A DNA stretch of 64,000 nucleotides from Eledone cirrhosa. Its lineage: Eukaryota. The number at the start of each line of letters is the position of its first letter. Position 1 is the first letter of the stretch. This document shows, one piece after another, positions 27,711 to 38,491 of this stretch. The notes beneath the pieces are model-generated. The model was not told where the DNA came from. It was given only the letters and a program-made list of their open reading frames with translations, and ran no database searches. The stretch lies in contig OZ024740.1 of assembly GCA_964016885.1 (NCBI GenBank), forward strand, positions 121,272,001-121,336,000, given 5' to 3'. The position numbers were made by a program, and so were the translations under genes.

Positions 27711-27952
27711 GTAATTCGCATAAAAATATAAAATCAAAACGAAAAAAAATATATATATAAAGAGATATTTTCTTTAGGTCGTTTTGGAAGCCTCAACAAT
27801 GCAGATGGGTAATTCTCCGAGTAGCAAGATCCGGTGGTGAAGAGAGAGATGTAAATGAATGTAGAATTAAATGTATAGTGTGTACGTAGGAAAGAGCGTA
27901 AAAATAAAAATAATAACACGATATAGAGTTATCTTGGGAGAGATGTAATTGT

Positions 27953-27986
27953 CCCTATATTTCGGATTCACATCCATCAACTGGGG
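27953..27986 (-). ncRNA. HHR-like motif with CAGUUGA core
   Basis: Mirror of 30849-30882. Confidence 0.6.
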
Positions 27987-28381
27987 GTTTTCCAGAGGGG
28001 ATGGGGTGAATGTTATCTGTCGGATAGGTGCGATACGTGTCCTCCGCTGTTCGTTGTTTTGAATATCTGAGGTATCCAACAGAGTGCGCACGCGTGTGAA
28101 ATGGGGTCGGTCAAGCAGCGATCGGCAGCCGAAATAGTTCTTTAATTGTGGGAGTGGGGTGGCGTTAGCTGTCAATCGATTGTATTATCTGCCCGTACTG
28201 GTTTCTGTATTAGCAGTGTTGAATAGTGTATGGTGGTGGTAGTATTGCCTGCCTGTTTGGTTATTTCTACTGTGTGTGTGTGTGCGTGTGTTGTTGTCTG
28301 GCTTGTGTGTGTGTGTGTGTGCGTGTGTTGGTGCCTCGTTTGTCAGTATTAGGCGTGTAGTATATTCGTATGGTGGAATGC

Positions 28382-28430
<49 letters not shown>

Positions 28431-30360
28431 CGTGCGTGTGTTTTGTCTCGTTTGTTTATTTAAACCAACCTCCTCTCTCGGATCGGTTATCTATTTGTGG
28501 CCCTAGGCGTTTGATCGAAAGTGCGTCCTTGATTCGTATTGTACCGACGTTTGGTTCCGTCGTTAGAACTGTGATAGTGGGCCTTCCGTCTTTGTTTCCA
28601 CATTTGGTTATGTGTTTCCGGAAAGACGAGGCCCTGGTGTTGATGTGCTCCTTGATCCGGATGTGTAGCGGCCGGATTGTGCTACCTATATAGCAGTGGT
28701 TGCACTGGTTACATTCTACATTATACACTACGTATGTGTGTAGGCAACAGTTCGTATGGCTCATCGGGCAGTTGCTGAGGGAGCACGCATGAATCGATTT
28801 CCCGGGTTTCCTTGAGAGGCATCTTCGCAGGGAGAGGCCCGAGTGGGCCCGGTGGTTGTCGAGGCCCTCCCTCCGTATAGTCTTGCGCATAACGTTTATG
28901 GTATTCTCGCCCAGGTGTGGTATTTTAAGGAAGCACTTGCCTTGGGTGTTTCTCTGCCTCTTGCGTCTGGTGTCTCTTATTCTGTTTGTGAGTGAAGCAG
29001 GGTACCCTTTCGTCTCCAGCACTTTGAGGAATCGCTTCGTATGGGTGACACCACTCGCGGGATCGCTGCATCGGTTTTTAATTCGCGTGATCTCGTTCGT
29101 GATGTACCCTCTTTTAGCACTCTTAAGGACTTTGGACTTGTAGTGGATGAACAGGTCCCTGCAGGCTGCCTTGCGGTAGAAGTTGGAGTGGATCCCTCCC
29201 TGTTCCGTGATATTGATTCGGAAGTCAAGCAGGGCAAGTGACCCTACGTCGCTTGGATGTTCAACACTAAAATCAATGTTCTCGTCCGTGTGGATTAGAC
29301 GCGTTCCATCAGTATATTAACGGCCGGGAGTGCCGGGACTGGACCGTGGTGTAAAGAGCGACTACATCAAGGCTGAAGGCTTACACTGCTTCGGGCTCAC
29401 CACCACTGACATTCACCAACTCCTATCCATCGTCGTTGACAACACATACTTCGGATTTCTCGACCAAACATACCAGCAAACCTCGGGACTACCCATGGGA
29501 TCAAGCCAGTCGGGTGTACTAGCGATCTCGTACAAGGACAGCCTCGAGCGCAAGGCCGTCAACACCTGACACCCCAACGCCGTCGCCTTTTTCTCAAGGT
29601 ACGTGGACGATATCCTCATCCTCACATCTTCCCAAGAGATGGCGAACAGAATCTATGAGACGTTCAACACGGACGAGAACATTAATTTCAGTGTTGAACA
29701 CCGCAGCGACGACGGGTCACTTGCCCTCCTCGACTTCCAAATCAACATCACGGAACAGGGAGGGATCCACTCCAACTTCTACCGCGAGGCAGCCTGCAGG
29801 GACCTTTTCGTCCACTACGTGTCGGCCCTCCCCAACAGTGCTAAAAGAGGTTACATCAAGAACGAGATCACGCAAATTAAAAACAGATGCAGCGATCCCG
29901 CGAGTGGTGTCACACATACGAAGCGATTCCTCAAAGTGCTGTAGACGAAAGTGTACCCTGCCTCACTCACAAACAGAATAAGAGACACCAGACTCAAGAG
30001 GCAGAGAAATACCCAAGGCAAGTGCTTCCTTAAAATACCATACCTGCGCGAGAATACCACCAACGCTATCCGCAAGGATATACGGAGGGAGGGCCTCGAC
30101 ATCCACCTGATCCACTTGGGCCCCTCCCTGCGAAGATGCCTCTCCAGGAAACCCGGGAAATCGACTGACGCGTGCTCCCTCAGCAACTGCCCGATGCGCC
30201 ATACAAACTGTTGCTTACGCACATACGTCGTGTATAAGGTAGAATGTAACAAGTGCAACCACTACTATATAGGTAACACAATCCGTCCGCTACACTTCTG
30301 GATCAGGGAGAACATCAACACAAGAGCCTCGTCTTTCCGGAAACACATAACCAAATGCGG

Positions 30361-30426
<66 letters not shown>

Positions 30427-30445
30427 ACACCCACCCACACACACA

Positions 30446-30491
<46 letters not shown>

Positions 30492-30848
30492 AGCATTCCG
30501 CCATAGGAATATACTACACTGCTAATACAGACAAGCGAGACAACAACACACGCACACACACACACACAGTAGCATTCACCAAACAGGCAGGCAATACTAC
30601 CACCACCACACACTATTCAACACTGCTAATACAGAAACCAGTACGGGCAGATAATACAATGGATTGACAGCTAACGCCACCCTACTCCCACAATTAAAAG
30701 AACTATTTCGGCCGCCGATCTCTGCTTTATCGACCCCATTTCAGCGCGTGCGCGCTCTGCTGAATACCTTATATATTCAAAACAACGAACAGCGAGGACG
30801 CGTACGGATCTATCCGACAGATAAACCTTTCCCCCACCCCCGAAAAAC

Positions 30849-30882
30849 CCCCAGTTGATGGATGTGAATCCGAAATATAGGG
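30849..30882 (+). ncRNA. HHR-like motif with CAGUUGA core
   Basis: CCC-CAGTTGA-T-GGAT-GTGA-ATCC-GAAA-TA-TA-GGG in the PLE 3' pLTR. Confidence 0.6.
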
Positions 30883-31479
30883 ACAATTAAATCTCTCCCA
30901 AGGTAACTCTATCTTGTTCTATTATTTTTATTTTTACTCTCTTTCCTACGTTCTTCTACACACTATACATCTCATTCTACATTCACTTACATCTCTCTCT
31001 TCACCACCGGATCTTGTTAACGGAAAATTAGCCATCTGCATTGTTGAGGCTTCCAGAATGACATAAAGAAAATATATCTTATTATTCCACAATGCTTCAA
31101 GCAAACTTCAATACTCTCTTAATATATATATATCAAAGGTATATATTGAGTTAGAAACTCACAATAGTCACTTACAAATAAAATATCTCTCAGAAAGAGA
31201 TTTTTCCGAGCCGTTTATTCACAATTAATATTGCGAAACAGCACCAAGAGCTGTGTGGGTGATTGGTAGCTACCACAATTCCGGTTTGTATTTATTTTCT
31301 TAATTTTTTCTTAAATTGAGACAGGCAAACCCTATTGTCTATAATTAGTATTCTTTTCCCCTTATCGAATGTGCTCCCTTGCGATTTGAACACATATATG
31401 TATATATCTGTGTTCATTTCAATTATAATATATATATATATATAGATAGATTTTCTACAATACTAAGCGGTAAAATAGT

Positions 31480-32285
31480 AACTTTTGTTGTCGTAAAGGC
31501 AGGTAAGTAAGCAACACTGTGAAAACTGAAGCTATTATATCGATGCTTTTCTTTACCGGCTTTAATTGTTAGTGTTGTGTGAAATATATAAGCTGCAGAC
31601 CTGATTTTGGAAACGCAGCAGAATCGACTTTATTTCACTCGCTCCATTAAAAGTTGGATTTTCCCTGATGACGGTATGAAGAAGAGACTGACTAATACAT
31701 AGTTACCGGCTTTCACTTTTAGTGTTGTATGAAATATATAAACGCCTTAGCTAAGCTTAGTATTGCCACAACCACGGCTGGCAAAGAAGTAAGGGTCTGG
31801 TGGTACGTAAGTAAGCAACACTGTGGCTTAAAACGCGAGGAATAAGATGTGTGCACTTACCAACTGTTTGGGGAATGAGTGTGAGATTTGTCTTGAGCAA
31901 GGGTGGCAGATTAACCGGAGGCAGAAGACAGCCAGAGATACATACAGATATTATAAGGGCGCGTTCTGGACGCAGATGGAATTGTGGGAAGTGACGTAAT
32001 GCAGACAGCCATACATACAGACAGGTATTTTAAGGGCGCGACTTTATATGTATGTATCTATCTAAAAAGTGAAAGACTAAGAATTATAGAGGCAGATCGC
32101 TAAATCGCCTAATGCGGTCCCTATGGCATTGAACATTTGCAATTATTTGTGCTCGAAACACTCCCTGGGACATAAGTATTACATGTGTAAAGTTTGAAAA
32201 CAGTCGGTTGGGTGCTTCTTGAGTTTTGGGGATTCAAACTCACACACACACACACATACAGTATCCTCAGTTTTATATATCTAGA
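31480..32285 (-). mobile_element. Helitron 5' portion, same family as 25276-27710
   Basis: A|TCTAGATATATAAAACTGAGG start on the - strand; 31915-32260 is homologous to 27430-27710. Confidence 0.7.
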
Positions 32286-32955
32286 TAAATCAACTTACAT
32301 TCGGCATGCACTCGTACACAACGGTTAACTGACTCCGACAGGTATCAAACACTCTGTGATTTCACGGACACCCACACATACACCCACAGATACAGACATA
32401 AATAAATATATATATATGTATATATATATATATTTTCAACAATGTAGATCCCAGGTTCTCAACGCATTTCGGTCAAACGCCCTTTTTTCCCCTCGAAATC
32501 ACGAAACGCCCCCTACCCTATTTTTCAAATTTTCAATATACTACTGATCTTGATATCAGTAGATTACTGGGCCAAATCAAGTTACGTTAGAATCTTTAAA
32601 AAATACTCGTACGAATTAAATACAAAAAAGTTTCAGTCCAAAACAAAACCAAACTATATATTTTTGAAAAATAGACGTGAATGTTCTCGAAGACTTAAAT
32701 TCAGTCGAAAAAGCTTTTTTTTTAAATTCTATATTTCACTGTTAGCTGTTGCAATATTTTGATTGGATAGACAATTCTATAATTCAAACTGTAAAGTAAA
32801 ATACCAAAGATGCAAAATATGAAGAAATTCTCTGGAATCCCAAACTCAAGGGAAAAATAGTACCTTGCAAAATAAAATACCTTCATCACAAACTTAGTTG
32901 CGACGAGAGAATTGAGGTTGCTTGGTGACAGTGAGCAAACAATATCTGTATCCCT

Positions 32956-32989
<34 letters not shown>

Positions 32990-33131
32990 TAGATACACAC
33001 ACACACAAACTTGTGTGTGTGTATGTGTGTGGTTTATTTTTGGTACAGAAATAATTTTGACTCCAGTTTTTATTGCCAGGTCAAAGTCCACTCCTCTTTT
33101 CAATGTCAAATATATATAAATGTGTGTGTGA

Positions 33132-33268
<137 letters not shown>

Positions 33269-33449
33269 GAAGAGAGATAGAGAGGAAGGGACAGAGAGAG
33301 TAAGAAATGTGTGAGTTTGGTACACGCCTATCTATCTAATTATCTATCTATCTCTCCAACACGGTCACATACATGCGGCCTGCGAACAACTTTTCTATGG
33401 TCCGTGGTAGAAGCAATATTTCAGATTGTATTATAACTGGTGAAAATAA

Positions 33450-33655
33450 GGCCGCGAGCTGGTTGAATCATTAGCGCCTGTGGCTAAATTCTTAGCGGTA
33501 GTTCTTACGTTTTTGCGTTCTGAGTTCAAATCCGTTGATCTCATATTTGCCTTTCACGCTTTTGGGGTCGATAAATGAAGTACCAGTTTTGTACTGGGAT
33601 CGATATAATCAACGGGATCTAAACCCCAAATTTCATGCCTTGTGCCTATAGTACA
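33450..33655 (+). mobile_element. tRNA-derived SINE, older subfamily
   Basis: GAGTTCAAATCC B box; GCCTTTCACGCTTTTGGGGTCGATAAATGAAGTACC. Confidence 0.75.
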
Positions 33656-34060
33656 TATGATCATAACTGGTGAAAACCATCACCCACCACCAAGTTTGGA
33701 CCACGGTGCCGCACCTCCAGAAGGTAATGACCCATTTTGGTCCTTGAGTTTTAGACCCCTCTCCTACACTCCCACACACAGACACACATATATATATATA
33801 TACAATTTACTTTTTTTCTGTTTCTGTACTACGCCCATGTTGGAGCATCACCTTGGTAAGTTATGGGGACGTCAACAATCCAATAAGCATTGGTGGGAGG
33901 GCAAACACAAACGCAAATACACACACAGACATACATAAATATATACGATGGGCTTCTTTTAGTTTCGGTCTATCAAATCCACTTACAGGGCTTTGATTGG
34001 CCAGGGCAGTGGGACTGAACCCGGAAACATGTGGTTGGGAAGCACGCTTCTTTTCACACT

Positions 34061-34098
<38 letters not shown>

Positions 34099-34631
34099 CG
34101 CACCAGGACTGAACAAAGTCCGATTCACCGTCTTGTGTCCTATTCCCCTCTCGGACTCAACTCACCTCCCCAATATATCTAATACCTCGTCCATTATCAC
34201 ACCCCTAGATTCCTATCGCTTTCTCTTGATCATTAGCAGCTTCTGTTACTAATAATACATACTGATACTCACCCTTATATTAAAATACTTTTGCTCATAG
34301 CTTCAAGCTTACAGGCACACACACTCTTCTACTCACATACATACACATTTCTTCTTAGCTTCGTACGGACCTATAATAACAAACACACAAACTCACGCTT
34401 ATACACGTGCTTCGGTATAGCTCTTTTTACAAAACGTTTTTTTTTTCCATTTCAGGCCATCATCCATTTCGCGCCATCATCCTCTTTTCTAAAAAACAAA
34501 TCATACACAAAACGCAAGCACCAACATTTTGCAAGAGATGTCAACATGAATGGACCAATTATTTTTATCTAAAGACATTTTTTCCAATTCCATCCCGCCC
34601 GTCCCCTCAATCTATTTTATTTATCATTCTT

Positions 34632-34667
34632 TCTTCTGATGAAGGATTAGCGTCCGAAATGTTAAGG
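34632..34667 (+). ncRNA. Minimal HHR (PLE type)
   Basis: TCTT-CTGATGA-A-GGA-TTAGCG-TCC-GAAA-TG-TT-AAGG; probable CpG decay of GAAACGTT. Confidence 0.65.
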
Positions 34668-34756
34668 CCCTCTTCCTGCTATATCAAGCGTTAACCTAAT
34701 ATATACCTTTCATATACTGTACCGATTGTGTTGTTATTTCTGTTTAGCTTTTACTT

Positions 34757-34799
<43 letters not shown>

Positions 34800-34806
34800 C
34801 ATATAT

Positions 34807-34893
34807 GGTATTAAATTAACAATGAAAATAAAAACAACAAAGTCAAATTACCTTATAAATTTGTTGTTTTTATTTTCATTGTTAATTTAATAC
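34807..34893. repeat. Perfect ~34-bp inverted repeat next to (TA)n
   Basis: GGTATTAAATTAACAATGAAAATAAAAACAACAAA and its reverse complement. Confidence 0.85.
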
Positions 34894-35662
34894 CTAATAT
34901 CTAACTCTGTTTCTAAAGAATTAACTCAGCGAGACACAGAACGTCTCTATGGATTTCACTGGATTACATTGAGTTCTATCTACGGTACGGATCCTACCAC
35001 GGGATGTAGAACATACTGTAAAAAGAAACAATATATGTGTGTGGGTTTATTATATATATATATATAAATCTACATACATATGTATATAGCTATACATTTA
35101 CATATTTGTATATATGCATGCATTTATATTTAAGGATGTTGACGTGATTTATGTTTTTTGTTAAGGGGACAATTTGTCTCCAGATTGTATTACCTTGGGA
35201 GATTAACTACCACAGCTTTTGAACCTCATCAAACGCCAACATCGGCCGGTGTGTATGTATGTATGTATGCATGCGTGTGTATGTTCGTATGTATGTATAA
35301 GTATACACCCACACCTTTCATCACCATTGCTTCTTTTCCTGGTCATTTCGGTTGAAGTTGTTCAGTAACCGTTGTCATAGTTGGCGTTGCCCTTATTTTC
35401 ATTTTCTTTGATTTCTTTTGTTTTTCTTTTATCTCCCGAGGGAATTCGTTGATAAGCTTATTTTATTTATTTTCCTCGTTTTCTTCATTCAAATGCATTC
35501 ACACTGGCTGTCTCAGAGACGTACACATATGGCTTATACAATTTGCCAAAGTAAAGGGCCATCCAGCGCCCCCCAAATCTTTAAACGCTCCCCTAGAGCC
35601 CACAGACGCCCTCAGAGGGGGCATAAGCCCTCCGTTGAGAACCTTTCATGTAGATAATTATA

Positions 35663-35841
35663 ATTGTTTCTACTTTTTGACAAAAGGCCAGCAGTTACTC
35701 AGTGCATTACTGTTACTTTATTTTATCGACCCCGTAATGATAAAAAGCAAACTCAACCTCAGCGGGATTTGAACTCAGATCGGTAAGGGACGTAACTATG
35801 CTGGAAAGCATGGCATCCGACCCTCTACCGATACTGCCAAT
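35663..35841 (-). mobile_element. tRNA-derived SINE
   Basis: Family match with A- and B-box-like motifs. Confidence 0.85.
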
Positions 35842-35954
35842 ATGACTATAAATTTTATTTGAATAATTCCAATAAACTATTCAGAGACTCCTGCTTACGA
35901 ATGATGCGTAGTTCGTTTCCTTACAGGCCTTACTGCCTACTTTTGTATAGCTCA

Positions 35955-36435
35955 CCCATTTTGAAGACCATACGCTATTGTTTTAAAGTAGCGACAATGT
36001 CGCTCTCTGAAATTTTCAGCAAACATGGTGAGATAAGCTTCAAAATGCTTTTAATTAAGCATACAGTGTATTGCGAAATAAACTATATATAGATTCATAT
36101 ATATATCGCTATATCATAGCACCAATTCTAATTTTCAATTTCCGCTGGATCGGCGACCGCTCTTTATAATCAGCTCCTGATTATTTCTGGAATTCTATAA
36201 GAACCCATCACTCATAATTTTCAGCAAACAGGGAGAGTAGTGAGCTTTGATAAGTACCAAAAAGTACGAAACGTCAGCTTATCTCCCCTTGTTTGCTGAA
36301 AATTTAAGTAGGCGACAATGTCTGTACTTTATAACAATAGCGTATGGTCTTCAAAATGCTTTTAATTAAGCATACAGTGTATTGCAAAATACACTATATA
36401 TATATATCGCTATTTCAGACCACCGATTCTAATTA
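35955..36435 (+). mobile_element. Retrozyme-like non-coding element, 311-nt monomer, with 5' inversion
   Basis: 36041 repeats at 36352; about 35955-36039 is the reverse complement of about 36276-36360; ends in (TA)n. Confidence 0.75.
36243..36279 (+). ncRNA. Minimal HHR with U3-A8 core pair
   Basis: AGCT-TTGATAA-GTAC-CAAAAA-GTAC-GAAA-CG-TC^AGCT; stem I extendable to about 28 bp (36215-36304). Confidence 0.8.
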
Positions 36436-36460
36436 TATATATATATATATACATATATAT

Positions 36461-37465
36461 ACAAGAAAGTACGTCCATAGAATCATTTGATAAAATATAT
36501 ACAGTATTTCCTCTCCCAATCAGCATAATCAACCACACAAAACATCAATTAAACAACGCTATAAGCTTAAAAGGCACCTATGAAGAAAATAGATAAATAA
36601 ACGATAGCTATCTATCCGTGATCAACAGCCACAGAATATTTACCCAGTCTTTCTAATAGCACGTGGGAATCGATTAGATATATCGCCAACCATACACAAT
36701 TAGGTACAAAATCAATGTTAGAAGTACAAATGTATATAAGCATACGCAAATTATGTCTCTACCCCACGAGGTTTCATTCGCTTTTTGGAGATATCCGATC
36801 AAGGATAAATTCACGAATTTCGAAATCATCAGGAAAAAACTCAATAGGACAAAGAATTTTCTTAAATGATCCCCGCCAGAAACGAATTCATAATGGCTAA
36901 GAACTGTGACGTGACTGTGACGTCAAGTCAGAAAGTTTGTGATTGGTGCCTTACGGTGAGTGGGCTGGTTGCTAGAAAGCGCAGCCGAATACTGCCTAAA
37001 TTGTTTCTCAAGCATATGGGAGATTATCAAATATATAGATTTACATATACATAAAATAGACAGAGCCATAGATATGTGTTTTTGGCAATCATCATGGTGT
37101 GGCTCAATGACGAATTAATTAATTAAATAATCAACAATCAGAGCAATATACAAGAAAGTACGTCCATAGAATCATTTGATAAAATATATACAGTATTTCC
37201 TCTCCCAATCAGCATAATCAACCACACAAAAAATCAATTAAACAAGATTAAAAGGCACCTATGAAGAAACAATAGATAAATAAACGATAGCTATCTATCC
37301 GCGATCAACAGCCACAGAATATTTACCCAGTATTTCAAGTAGCCCGTGGAAATCGGACGTACTTTCTTGTATATTGCTCTGATTGTTTATTATTTAATTA
37401 ATTAATTCGTCATTGAACCACACCGTGATGGTTGCCAAAAACACATACATATATCTATGGCTCTC
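36461..37465 (-). mobile_element. Non-coding PLE-like element: 689-nt unit + partial tandem + inverted end
   Basis: 36461 repeats at 37150; 37355-37465 inverts 37058-37166; (TA)n on both sides. Confidence 0.75.
36756..36836 (-). ncRNA. HHR candidate with extended stem II
   Basis: TTTC-CTGATGA-TTTCG..CGAAT-GAAA-CCTCGTGGGG-TA-GAGA. Confidence 0.65.
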
Positions 37466-37498
37466 TGTAGTTTATGTATATGTAAATCTCTCTCTCTC

Positions 37499-37650
<152 letters not shown>

Positions 37651-38491
37651 TGTCGTATGGTTGCTAGGGTGCGTCAATAGACGGTAGACCGGTTGAACAC
37701 ACTCTCTCTCTCTCTCTCTAGTCCCCCAGCATGGCCTCAGCCGGATGGCTGAGACAGGTAAAAGAGTATATATATATATATTTATATATATATATATGTC
37801 ACATGGTCGGGTCGTTGGCGACTAAACTGGCAACCCAACCAAGGTTTCTTGGTGAGGAGGGTGACTTTCGACATCCTGCAGGACTAAAAACAAAACCTGT
37901 CATAGGGTTAAGGAGCTCTTAAGAATCAATGGCCATCCAAAATCACCGGGAGAGATGATCCCTTAGCCTTTGTCAAGGCAGAATTCTAGGAGAATGAAAA
38001 CTCTGATATAACACCTGCAACCCTGATGGTATCCAATGATGTTGACTTGTTCTTCTTTTTGGTAAATATCATCTTGGTTAAGTGAGTGGGACTGGCTTTG
38101 TGCAGTGCCTTTGCTCACTATAAAAGCTTCAAGGCACAGGCATTGCTTTATATCTGGAGATCTCTCTGCACTTGTCGTCACATGGTACCATGGGCCCAGC
38201 ATTATGTGTCAATAATTGTCACATGTGTAGTGTTTGTACCAGAGTTTTCAAGTCGCTGGCTGGAATAAAAAGTCACACTTGTTCAGCGCATCGGTGGGGG
38301 TTCTCCTACATGGATATAATGTAGTAGCCTTACTCGAAAACGAGTTGGCAGCCACCATATATATATAAACATATCCAGGCGTCCTGGATCTCTACTTTGA
38401 CTGCTTGGAAAACATTTGGAAAACATTTTGAACAAACTTTGCAAGAGAACAAGTTTATCAACCAGTTATCAATCTTTTAATTAATTAATTA

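Larger units (their letters stand above)
27760..31080 (+). mobile_element. Penelope/Poseidon-type PLE, 5'-truncated with long inversion (27760-29290 minus; 29297-31080 plus), disrupted
   Basis: RT motifs GLPMGS, RYVDDIL and LALLDFQI; GIY-YIG VVYKVECNKCNHYYIGNT..(H)..H with CCHH layout; several stops; mirror arms. Confidence 0.9.

Noticed and set aside
29560-29950. In-frame TGA in the PLE RT (and at about 4062) as possible selenocysteine, as in some Naiads
   Set aside because: Not at evident Cys positions; the same copies also carry a TAG stop or frameshifts; C-terminal-endonuclease architecture; no SECIS recognised
31665-31720. CTGATGA-CGGTA..TACCG hairpin
   Set aside because: No GAAA and no adjacent stem I; overlaps Helitron-internal duplicated sequence
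37800-38020. Segment resembling a LINE 5' UTR (..CTAGGAGAATGAAAACTCTGATAT..), possibly with an HDV-like ribozyme
   Set aside because: Could not build a convincing nested double pseudoknot by eye, and there is no linked ORF
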